The notes below the pieces were generated by a model. That model was given only the letters and a program-made list of their open reading frames with translations. It did no database searches and was not told the origin of the DNA. 64,000 nucleotides of DNA, taken from Adineta vaga. Its lineage: Eukaryota > Animalia > Rotifera. Below, piece by piece: positions 23,079-34,952 of this stretch (position 1 is its first letter; each line of letters starts with the position of its first letter). The stretch spans positions 7,192,001 to 7,256,000 of the forward strand of contig CP075492.1 of the NCBI GenBank assembly GCA_021613535.1. Direction: 5' to 3'. The translations under genes were made by a program, and so were the position numbers.

Positions 23079-24611
23079 ATGGCCACTGCTCAAGTTCAAC
23101 AATCTCATCCATTAGGCTTTTCTGTTCAGACTCCAAGATTTCAAACGATGGGTTTACATCCAGAATTGCTAACGCGTATTCAATTAACGAGTTCACCTAA
23201 TCTTGGTCCTGGTTCGCATGATCTTTTACAGTATGCTGATTTTAGTGAGAGAAATCTTGTAAAAAATATTCAAGGACCTAATTGGCAGCAAGGATTATAT
23301 ACTGAGCAAATGGCAAAAATTCCTCTTTCATCATTTAAAGATACATATGAGAGACGTAAAGAAGATGAACGACGTCTTGGTCCCGGTGCTTATAATATTG
23401 ATGATTTCTTAACTGAATCAGATCGAAAACCAGGTTGTACACGAGGTGCACTTGATCAATTAGCTCCTCGATTTCCAAAAGAACAATTAGTAAGGAAATG
23501 TTTTCTCTCTCCCTCATATTTCTTCATTTTCAAAGATTATGCTTCATAAAAATAGGATAGAGCACCACCACCGGCAGCCTACGGTATTCCTGATGAAAAG
23601 ATTGTTGATAAATATTGGAAGCAAGGTAGTACAGTACCTTCATTTGAATGGAGACAAGGACCTAGATCATTACCACTTCAAGTAAAATAAAAGCAATGGA
23701 AGATAAGTTTTGTATTGAACGAATGATTGATTAATTCTTTTAGGGTACAAAAATCGGTCCAGGAACTTATAGTATCAAAAGTTCGATTGATGAATTAGTC
23801 AAGAAACGTGTTAGTGATAAAGGACCATATCAAGTTTTTACTATCAATCGTTCAGCACCTATTAAAACTGGTCATTATTCTCTGTTAGATACATGGGATC
23901 TATCACCTGATTTTCCATCGAAAGAATATCCTGAATCTATATCTTTAGCGACACAAATAGAGAAAAGAAAAAAACATGGATTATTTAGTAAATTAGATCG
24001 TTTTCAAAAGAAACCGACGGATCGAATCTCAATTGAACATCCAGGTAACTAGTTGTTCAAAGATTTACAAATACGTAATTTACTTGACAATTTTCTTTTC
24101 AAGGTTTGGAACCGAAAAATGTCACTTTTCCTGGTCCTGGTGCTTATGCTACTGTTCGTCAATGGGAAGAACAGGATTTTCATAAGAAAAAAGTTCCATT
24201 CAATAACACTGCATCACGAAATGATAAACGTTCATTTACAAATGTTGGTAGTCAAAATGTATGTTTATTCTACTTTCATTCAGTTGAATCAACTCATGAT
24301 TTCATTGCATCTATTCTTTTGTCGTTCAGGCCGTTGGTGTTGGTCGATATAATATAGCCGTACCCGTTCGAGATGAAACTATTGCTGATCGCCGTAAACG
24401 ATCAAAACGAAAAGGTGTTGGATTCTGTTCGACAACAGATCGTTTCACAACAGCACATAGTGAAGCATTACTCAAGTAAAATATGTTCCTTTGTCATTTT
24501 CTGTCATACACATATATAATTTCATCTCGTTTTAGTGAACGTTTAAAACCACAAAATCTTCGTGCTGAACAACGAACACAATTATATCTCACCGGTCATG
24601 TATCATCGTAA
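23079..24611 (+). CDS. Sperm-tail PG-rich (SHIPPO) repeat ciliary microtubule-associated protein, LEXM/CIMAP2-like
   Basis: Repeated PGPGxY-type units (LGPGSH, LGPGAY, PPPAAY, IGPGTY, PGPGAY, VGVGRY); 6 exons; head-to-head with PGK. Confidence 0.75.
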
Positions 24612-24764
24612 CTTCATTTGGTGCTTTCTTTTCATATACTCTCTTCCATAAATTTTGCATTTTTCTATTTTGTGCTGAATACTATTTATAAATTTTTGCA
24701 TTTTTTTTTGAAAATTCAATGATAAAAAAATCTATAAACATGCTCATTTTTTAGTATAGATATC

Positions 24765-25812
24765 ATGTTTTCTTCCGATCATGCTAAACCTACTGATCTT
24801 TTGTATGTTACTAATTTTATTGTATCTTAAAACCTATCGTTTTTCTTTCTTTATTAGTGACTTTCAAGGTATTCGAAAACGAATTTTTCTCGCTTCGGAT
24901 TATACTACAAATGATGAACGATTGAAATCATTACCCAATAGAGACAATATTTCAACTGAATATGATGAACTCGATTTTATTGATCAAGAATTTGAATCGT
25001 ATGTTCATCCAATCATCGATCAATCTCAATGGATTACTGATCGAAAATATGAACGTCATGAAATCGATCGTCTTGGAGATATTCTCGATTTTTATAAACA
25101 TAAACCACATTTGAATGATTTTGAAAAACGTGTAATGAAACGTCTGACACGAGTTCATCGAGCAGTTCAAACAGAGGAAGAACCAGAAAAACTTTTAAAA
25201 TTAAATAAAAATCGCAAAAATGAACAAATCAATCGTCTTCCAGCATCAACTGCTATGGAACGAATTGAAGAATTTCTCGCTGAGAATAAATGGCGTCTCG
25301 TCGATCTATTTCGAACACTAGATTTAACGAAATCATGGAATGTTGTTAAAGAAGATTTTATGCGTCTAATAGCAAGAGTATGAATAATTTCTGTACCAAA
25401 GCTGATTTAATGAAAATATTTCTGCTAGGAAAAACTTCATATGACTGAACCTGAAGCGGATGATCTACTTCAATGTATTTGTGAAGAAATTTATGCACCA
25501 ATGAATTATAAGAAATTTGCTCATGGAAGATCACTTTATAAGAAAAGTCTTCGAGGTAACACAGGAAAGAATAGATTTTCTAGCTATTTCAATAATCTTC
25601 TTTTTTTTCGTTGATCAGAAGTTAAAGGTGAGCCTCTCGACTGTTCAACATGAACCAAATAGATCAACACATCATTATCCTGTGCGTGATACAACTTCAT
25701 CCTATGTTCGATCAACGATATCATCATATGCAAAATATAAAGTAAATTTTTTATTAACGAAATTTGAGTTTGATTCGTATAGTTTTATTCGTTTTAGAAA
25801 ACATCGACATGA
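24765..25812 (+). CDS. EF-hand protein, EFCAB12-like
   Basis: WITDRKYERHEIDRLGDILDFYKHKPHLNDFEKRV and IEEFLAENKWRLVDLFRTLDLTKSWNVVKEDF (EF-hand-like); short GT-AG introns. Confidence 0.65.
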
Positions 25813-26789
25813 ACATTCCATTGTTTTGTTTAATAAATTTTCTTGTTTTATGTAAATAAAAGAATTATATTTTTAAAGGCAAAGAAAGTGACGCCCATGT
25901 GTTTCAGAAATACGCATGTAATAAGAAAAAAAGAGTATTCTCATGTAGTTTCTTTGAATGTTGAACTAAAATATTTCTTCATCTATCAACGATTAAATCT
26001 CTCATGCATAATTGAAGAGTAATAAATTAACCTTTTTCTTTTTACATAGTCATGGCATATTTTATTCTGTTCGTGTGACTTTGACAAGAGTTTATTTTGA
26101 ACAATAAAAAGCTTTCATTCGTTTGACATATTAAAAGAAACATTTTTGATTTGATGTCCTTGATCGGTTTATTACTATTTTAAATTTTGAGTATGCTAAA
26201 TCAATTGAACGGTTAGAAAACAATTTTCTATTACGATGAAACATGCACATGATCAACAAACACTGGCTCATAATCAAACAGTGATTAGGAACATTCACAA
26301 TGTGATAATAATGCGAAGATATGCATAGATTGATTTGAAATAGATATCATATTTCTATTTTTACACCTACCATCGTTACTTAGAAACATTGAATCGAAAA
26401 ACAAAACTCTTAAAAGGACAAAACGTTGAGAACATACTTGTCAAGAGTAACCTATATTGTTTCTATTCGAACTAAAACATGACTCGCTCAATTATGGTAA
26501 CTTGATCAATCTACGACGTACGATGTAGTTTTTATCGAGAAAGAGAAAGCGAAAGAAAATGATTTTATATTCCAATCTCTTTCTTTACAATACATCAAAA
26601 GAGAGAGAAATCGGTGATTAGTAATAATGACAACAATCTGTTTTCCCAGTGACTAGGCAACGTTGTTACCTATTTTTCTTGCATATTAGCAACTCGGAGA
26701 CAATCTTAATACTTATATATAGATTTATTTCGATAGTTGCGTTTCATTGAGTAGTTATTAATTTTAACGAAAGAAAGACGTTTATCGAC

Positions 26790-27715
26790 ATGGGAACGTG
26801 GATAGGTCATATTGCACCAGGTAAATTTATAATGGAGAAAGAACGTCAACTATAGTTTGGTTTTATTTAGGTGTATTTTTTGTAATCTTTGCTTTATGGT
26901 GGCATATCAATAATTGTATACGGTATTTTCGATCATTAGTGAATGAAAATGATGAGAAAACAAGACAACCGATGAAATTCTATGGTTCAACGACTTATCC
27001 ATGCTTTTGTTTTCCTCGTAAATATGTTCGTCGTTTACCTTTAGAAAGTATTCTAAAGATCTTAATCACTTCGATCCATTTTTCTATTGAAATTATTACC
27101 GGTTATGATAGTCATCCACGACCTCATCTCGGTGATGAAAATGCTCATCATACAGCGATGCTTTTCGGTTTCTTTCTTGGTTCATGCATTGAAATATTAG
27201 TTCATTATAAAGTTCCATTTCCTAAACGAATCAATCAAATAATGGGCTTCTTAGCATTCGCTATTGAAGGTTTAATGATGATCTTTCATTTACACGCTCG
27301 AAGTATGATTGATGCACATATTCATCAATTACTTGCATTAACTATTGGTTGTTCAATGATTGGAGCGATTGGAGAATGTTTTGATCCGAATAATTTTTGG
27401 TTTATTTTCGCACGAAGTTTTTTTGCTTTAACACAAGGTACATGGTTTATTCAAGCAGCATATGTTATCTGGCCAAAAACCAGCAATCCATTTTTTCTCT
27501 GGGATCCTAATTCTCATCGATCGGTCTCATTATTAACAATGTCTTATGCTTATCATTTAGCTGGTAATGCATCGATTTTGATTATTTTATATCTAATAAT
27601 TTATATGTTTACATCATCTTCAGCAAAATTAAATATTCATTCGATGAAAGATGTCGAAGCAATAGATGAATATAAACTAATATATAATGTGAATGAGGAA
27701 GACAATGAACTTTGA
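26790..27715 (+). CDS. TMEM45: Transmembrane protein 45 family (DUF716), 2 exons
   Basis: MGTWIGHIAPG|VFFVIFALWW; NAHHTAMLFGFF; AFAIEGLMMIFHLHARSMIDAHIHQLL; LTQGTWFIQAAYVIW. Confidence 0.9.
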
Positions 27716-27843
27716 ATCGATTTTTACCTTTAATGTACTCTTCTATGTTGTTTTGTGAATAGACCTTTTCACAGTGCTTTCTTTTATATTTTACATAATA
27801 TACTGTTATATAAACTACACATATAAAATTGCAATTTCAAATT

Positions 27844-27856
27844 CTAGATGGCGCTA
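27844..27856 (+). promoter_or_regulatory. CTCF/YY1-like motif CTAGATGGCGCTA
   Basis: Match to the TAGATGGCGC core in AT-rich intergenic DNA ~105 nt upstream of the candidate snoRNA. Motif match only. Confidence 0.3.
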
Positions 27857-27925
27857 GATATCGATTAATATGTCAATGAAAGCTTCTTGTATTTCTTCAC
27901 CACTGTGTTTTGCTGATATCGGATG

Positions 27926-27933
27926 TATAAATA
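27926..27933 (+). promoter_or_regulatory. TATA box (TATAAATA) of the candidate snoRNA
   Basis: Lies 26-33 nt upstream of the predicted 5' end at 27959. Confidence 0.45.
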
Positions 27934-27958
27934 AGTTGTGAATATGAAAGAAAAGTTA

Positions 27959-28082
27959 ATCTTCTGTAGGGGTATTCACTTACCACAAACGAAGAAAATG
28001 ATGATTCAGTCACGTATGATACTCATGCTTAGTGACAGCTGCCCTACCGTCGTGCCAAACGGTCTTTGGGACGAGTCTGATC
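27959..28082 (+). ncRNA. Structured box C/D snoRNA, U8 (SNORD118)-like
   Basis: GC-rich island. 5' ATC... hairpin containing CTTACC, internal box C ATGATGA (27998-28004), two hairpins (GTCAC-GTATGA / TCATGC-GTGAC; CCC-ACCGT / ACGGT-GGG), terminal GTCTGAT with box D at 28077-28080. Confidence 0.6.
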
Positions 28083-28438
28083 CATTTCGTTTGTTGGTTA
28101 TTTTTCAAAATAATAATAAAAATACATCATCAAAATCAAGACATGTTGATTATGACTTGAATATGTTTGATGTTAAATACTAGTTATGAGAATCGAAACA
28201 AAAAAGGAAATGTCAAAATTCATCAGTAGATTTAACAACTCTGTTATTATCATCATCACTTCAATTTCTGTATACAAAACATGCAATATATGTATATTGT
28301 CCAATATAAAGTGTGATATATATATTTTTTCTCTATCGATACTGTAACATGAATGCAATGAAGCGTAGAGTCGTGTGTTGTGAACAGAGGTGTCTACATA
28401 AAAATATTCATACGTAACGCTTGTTACAAATAGTGTCT

Positions 28439-29803
28439 ATGATAAGATATTCCTCTCAACATCCATCCTCTCTGTGGCTTTGGTGGCGTCGAAAATCGTA
28501 CTATATTCAAACAATACGAGTCAAATGGATTCTTTATCTATTACTAGCTATTCTATTTGTTCTTATTCTTGTACCGAATCCATTTTCGTCTCGATATGTA
28601 AAAATATCATTCAGACAGGATATTCAATGGTATAGTATTAGTGAAATTTTGCAAGAAAAAGACAAAGTATGTGTTCGAAAATAAGATACTTCTTAACATG
28701 TATAAATATACATATATATAAGAAATATTTGTGATTAGATTCTAGCTAATGATCCTTTTTCAAAGCAAGTTAAAATAGTAAGACATGATACAAAAAACAT
28801 TTCATCATCAAAATCAATTATCATTCTCCTCTATACGACAATTTTTCTTAGTAAAAAATATTGCCATATAAAGCAAGCTGAACGTCTCTTTGGTGAAAAT
28901 TGTCCATCGAAAAGTCGTTGTCAATGGACGTGTGATAATCGGCGACTTGCCGAAGCTGATGCAATTATTTTTCATGGTTATGATATGCAATTTTATCCCA
29001 GTCAAATGCCACAGCGTTCAGATACGAAATCAAACGCAATATGGATTCTTTGGTCGGATGAACCACATACAATGGTTGACTACGGTTTATTTAAAGATTA
29101 TAAATTTAATTGGACAATAAGTTTTAAATTAAACAGTGAAGTTTCCATTGGCTCCTATGGATTATTTGCGAAACGATCCTTTCCAAGAACGGATTCGGAA
29201 TATAGTCTTTGGATTGATAAACAATTTCATGATCGATCAAATGCAGCACTTTGGTTTGTATCAAATTGTGATGCTCGTGAACGTTTAGGATACTATCGTG
29301 CTCTACGTCGACAAGTAAATACATATGTTGAAGGTTATGGTCGTTGTGTTGATTATTATCCAATGCATTTTTGTTCGGCTGGTAGTCAATGTGAAATAGA
29401 TTATATGTCAAAATTTAAGTATTATCTAAGTTTTGAATCTATTACATGTCGAGATTATATAACTGAGAAGTTTTTCAAAGCATTCTATCATGGACTTATT
29501 CCAATTGTTTATGGACCAGATAGAAAAGATTACGAACGATTTGCACCATCGGATTCATTTATACATTTGAATGATTTTAATAAAGATATGGAGAAATTAG
29601 CAAATTATTTATTAGAAATTCATTTAAATTTTACATTGTATTCCAAATATCATCAATGGAGAAAAACACATGATGTGATTATTGATGGTAAAGCTTTGGA
29701 AAGAATTCGTATGTGTGAATTATGTGAACGATTAACTAAAGTACGTCAAAATGATGTGACTTATTATGAAGATATTAATCAATTTTATCATGAAAAATGT
29801 TAA
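28439..29803 (+). CDS. Alpha-(1,3)-fucosyltransferase (GT10), 2 exons
   Basis: Type II signal anchor; ADAIIFH; WFVSNC; YKYYLSFE-type motif FKYYLSFESITCRDYITEKFFKAF; YERFAPSDSFIHLNDF; YHQWR; CELC. Confidence 0.95.
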
Positions 29804-29830
29804 CGAATTATCTTTATTTATTTTTCTTTC

Positions 29831-32800
29831 TTAATAAATAAGATCCGTTTCATGCATTTGTTCAAGACGATTTGCATCAAGATTAATTAAACCATCGTAT
29901 TCATGTTCAGATGATTTCAAATCAGTTGATTCTGAACGCATTGTTGAAGGTAAACAATGATCTTCCGCATCTTCTAGTTGAGAGATTGATGCACATCGAG
30001 AACCGATTGTTTCTGGCCAATACATTTGTGCCTTTTGAATTTTATTATAGAGACATAAACTGACTGCTCGAGCAACACGTCCTTGAAATGTTCTATTAAA
30101 ATTTATCAATAGAAATTATGTTCATTTCACAACAACAAAAACATTTACCTATTATTTAGTATAAGTTGCTCGATAATCGTATCTTCATCTTCATCATCGT
30201 CTATAGTAAAATTTTCATCTTCCTCTTCTTCGATACCCACATTTCGATTAACTAAACGTTCAAATTCATAAGGTCCACCAGTATTAGCAATCTTTTTCAT
30301 TGAGCAAATTTTTAATTGTTCCATCAATCGTTCTAATGTTTGTTCTTGCTAGAAATAAATATAAAACTTGAATTTTTAAATGAAACAGAATCTTTTCTCT
30401 GTACCAGATTAAAAACATAATTTAATTGATGATTATCAAGTATAGCATTATTTAATTGTTTCTTTGTAAATAAAATCGGTCGAAAATTAGCATGGAGTAA
30501 TCGTCCAATCGTTTTTGGATGTCGTCGTCTTGCATATGGATCACGAGAGACTTCAATAATCTGAATTTTCAATGATTAGTTGTTTTTTTCTTTCAAATGA
30601 AATCAATCAATCTATTTACTTACTTTTGGTACAAATACAAAACCTAATGTTGAAGTTGTACAAATAATAATAAAAAGTGAAATGAGAAAATAAGAAAGTT
30701 GAATTTGTTCTGATGGAATAAATGTTACTAATAATCCAAGTGTACAACAAATAAATACAATATATACACTTAAACCTATATAACGTGAATCATTCAATGC
30801 TGGAATAGTTACATGACGAGTTTTCCACGAAAGAAATGATCCGAAAAACTAAATTTATTCATATAAACACGTTTTTCGTTGAAATAGTCTTACCATTAGT
30901 AATCCTTTGTATAGAATTAATAAAAGTAACCAAAATGAAGTAAATTCACCTTTGCATACTTCATAATACGGATGTATTTGAATATCTTCATCATGCTACA
31001 ATTTAAGAATAAAAAATAGACAGGTATGTTAAGATCGTCTATTCGAAGGAAAATACTTCATGTGGATATGGATCATCATAAATAACTTTTCGACGAATTG
31101 GATCGAAAATTTGCCAAGAAATTAAAAAGAATAAATCAATACATAAAAGAGTACCAACGACAGCTAATAGACGTGAATCGTGAATAGCCTGAACAAATTG
31201 AAATTCGTAACTTAGAAGATCATCTTTTCAAAAGATTCATCGATCATTTACTCGTTTGGTAATATGAATATTTGTAAAGATTGAATGTACACGCCATGTT
31301 TTACTGAACATAGAACCAAATGCTAAGGTAAAACTAATACATAAAAGCCATCCTCGCATCTAAACACATCTCCTTTCTTTTAATTTAAACTTCTCCCTTT
31401 ATTTTTGCGTTACATACTACACAGATCATGTTCATAAACTTATTTATAGAACTTTTTTCTGGAAATAACGATGAATTAACTCCCATTAGAATAGTTGTAA
31501 TATAAGCTAACATACATCCACATAAAATAATATTATTTAATGATGGACTCGACATTCGAATGTATCTGAAAAGATGATTTGTTTTATGAAATGAAAAAAG
31601 AATCGAGATTGTTTTACCTATGTGTTTGAAAACGAATATTAAATACGAATAAAGAAATGGAAATAAATAATCCAATGGCACTAGTAACTGTAACTGATAT
31701 AAATACAGAAAGATAGATATGTTCGAATTGAACGATTTGATCAGTTCGATCTCTTGTTGGACTATTTCCTAAATGAATTGATTTCAATATTTTTCAGATA
31801 TTTTCAATTCTATATATACAAACCATGCCACATAACTGAATTCAATTTATATAAAGTAGGTAGTTCAGTCTTTGAATCAACGTTTTTCGCAAGAAAAAGT
31901 TTCACAACAGTTAAATTACAATTATTATCTTCCTCGTAACATGGAATTTTACATGAACCATCCTTCATCATTCGACAAGCTGAAAATAAATATTTACTAA
32001 ACAGACTGTATGTATTTTCCCCATTGTCTTACCAACATATTGTTCAACAAGAATTTCACCAACTCGTCCACTATTCAAATACCTAACTCTTCCCTAAAGT
32101 TCGAAATTAAACGATTTTTCTTTTGTCTATCGATTGACTATATCTTACAGTAGCACCAATAAAATCAATTTTATCGATGATTTTCTTTATATTCGATTGA
32201 TTAAATAATAATTTCGATTGATAAATATATGCTAAACTCCATACTGTATCGTATGCATAAGCATCGAAATAATCTTGTTCTAAATCTGAAAATTGCTTTA
32301 AATATTTTAAAACATGTTCCGGTCGTTCCTAAAAATGCAATATTTTTACAAGTTTTCATTTGATTATATTCTCATACTTCAGTATCATCAATAGATAAAC
32401 GTGGTATACGTGTTTGAAACGTTCCGTTAATCGCTCGAATAATATCTTGTTTTGAACAATTAGTTTTCTCATTCCACCATGCTGCTAATGATGGATAACC
32501 AAGTATAATCCATTGATAACGTGAACCATACACATGTTCTCGGACAGCCTATTCATTTTATAGACAGAACAAGTTGAATTGTACAAATATACTTACGTGA
32601 CAAAACATATGTGTTGCAATGATTTGATTAAAATTTGCAATTATTATTCGAACATCTCTTGCCTAGTGAGGAACAAAAGACTTGAATATAACATGAAAAG
32701 AAATTATTGTACTTTGAAATCTTTCAATAACGTTCTCATATTTTCCATGTTATCATCTTGCCATTCGGATCCATATCGATATGGTATTCCTCGTGTTACA

Positions 32801-33771
32801 TTGATTTCCCATTGTTTTTTATCCATGGCAGTTAAATCAGAAAAATCATTAGCTACCTAAATAGGAAAAACCACAGAGATCATGATTTACCCATGGAACA
32901 TGCAATGAAAGGAAATGCTATAAAAACAAAACTCTTTTTTTTATAGAGTAAAAATATATTTCACATCAGACATTTGTGCATTCCCACAACTGGTTTCTTT
33001 CTCGATCGAATTGTTTATTTAAAACATTATTCGCATGTCTCATAATTAAATAAGCAGAACGTCAGTATTCTTAATGAGATTTTTCAACGAATGTCAATTT
33101 GATATACCTATCTTCAAGGGAGTTGAATGAGAATATCAACTAACCAGTGTATACTTTGATCCTTGTTGATATATCAATCCAAAGCGTGTCCAATTAAAAT
33201 ATTGTAATAATTGTTTACGTACTAAATTATGTGCATGATCGGAAGGTACTAGATGATAAACAAATGGATAACGATCTGCTGATGATAATGATAAATCACT
33301 ATCTGTAAATGAAAACTAAAATCAAAGATTTAAAATGAATTATTTAGACAAGAAAATACATACTACAGGTAGATGAAGATAAGTTGCCGCTTCAGCTATA
33401 TAACTGAGAACATTTTGACAAGCATCCGTCATCAATACACTCAATGATGTTGTTTGATTAAGCATATTAAATAATACCTTCACACTTGTACCAACATCAC
33501 ACTAAATAGATAAGAAAAAGTTATAAAAAATGATATCACTACTTGTGATTTGTACAGGAATAGTATCTTCTTTTTCATTCAGTTTCAGTTCAATATCCAT
33601 TTGTGCTGCTTCAATTTGTTCAATAGCGAAATTTATAGATGGATAACATGAATGTGTTAATAGACTACTAAGAATAACCTTTTGTCGATCCACATTTAAA
33701 AATGTTTGAGTAAGCGTTGAACCAACAAATAATAATATAATAAAAATGAAACGAAATGATGCGGTGCCCAT
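29831..33771 (-). CDS. GABBR2: Class C GPCR, GABA-B receptor subunit 2-like, multi-exon
   Basis: Signal peptide; ANF-receptor-type ectodomain (RYPFVYHLVPSD; YAYDTVW); YIRMSSPSLNNIILCGC; LAFGSMFSKTWRVHSIF; FLSWKTRHVTIPALNDSRYIGLSVY; VFVPK. Confidence 0.85.
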
Positions 33772-34952
33772 TCATTTCAATTCAACTGGTTGATCTAAAC
33801 ATTGAGAGCTAATTGACTTGTTCCTACTCGGTTTCTGTTTTGTTATATCCTAGGAAATATTTCTTCCTTTCTTTTTCCGCCTTCTTTCTCTCTCATGCAA
33901 TCAATCAATTGCTAACCAAAGACATCCAACGGATGAGACGATTTTCTAATCTAACATTTCTATATATCACAGAAATTAATGGGTACACAGATAGAAAAAA
34001 AAAGAACCTAGTATCATTACTATTGTACTCTACAGATCATTAATGACTTCTCTCTTCTTGTCGAAGCAATGAACTGACCTCGAATAGAAGAGATGTAAAA
34101 GACGCAAATGACTTTTATAATTCAATAAACATCGTTCATTTTCGACATGTTATTTTTTATATTCATATTTATGCTAGTGAACAATTTATTGGAAGAAAAA
34201 AAAAGCGAAATTGTCAATTATAAAACAGACAACACCCGGAAACAAAAAAAAGACGTTTATAAATCGATGTTGACTAATATATTAGATTTTCTGTTGCCAT
34301 CTCGATGAGAAACTTTTTTATGACTTTTCTAGAAAAGAAAAGAACCACAAATAAATTGTATTTTCTTTTGATGTTTATCTATCACTAACGAATGTCATAT
34401 ACAAGACAAAAACTAATTATGACATTCGATTTATACACAAAAAGAAACACAAACTTATTTATTAACGTAAGTGAATATATTCAATGCTTTTGTCTTTCAA
34501 GCAGAAAATCTTATAATAATAATTGTAAGAACGACTTTTGCCATAGAATTTATCAATATACTGATGTTGAATGTCATAGGGACATTGTTGACTATTATAT
34601 TCTTTCAAAACGAGACACAAAAGATCAGGTCAAATATGAATAGATAAATAAACGGCATACGACTGTATATCCGATAAGAATTCATTTATTGTTCACGAAA
34701 GGTACTATGTGAGATAAAGACGAATAATTCAAACATATCTACACTTTCTAGAACATTAGTTCCACTTCAATATGATAGCCTATCGATATGCTAAACACGA
34801 CCATGTAAATTTTTCAGAGAAAAATGTTCACATAATAAAACTGATCACTTTAATATTTCTCTGTTCAAAACTAGTATATATATATTTAATTTTGTTTACA
34901 CAAAAAAGAAAAAGCATGCGCATGCAAGAAAGAAAGTCATATATTTAGTCAT

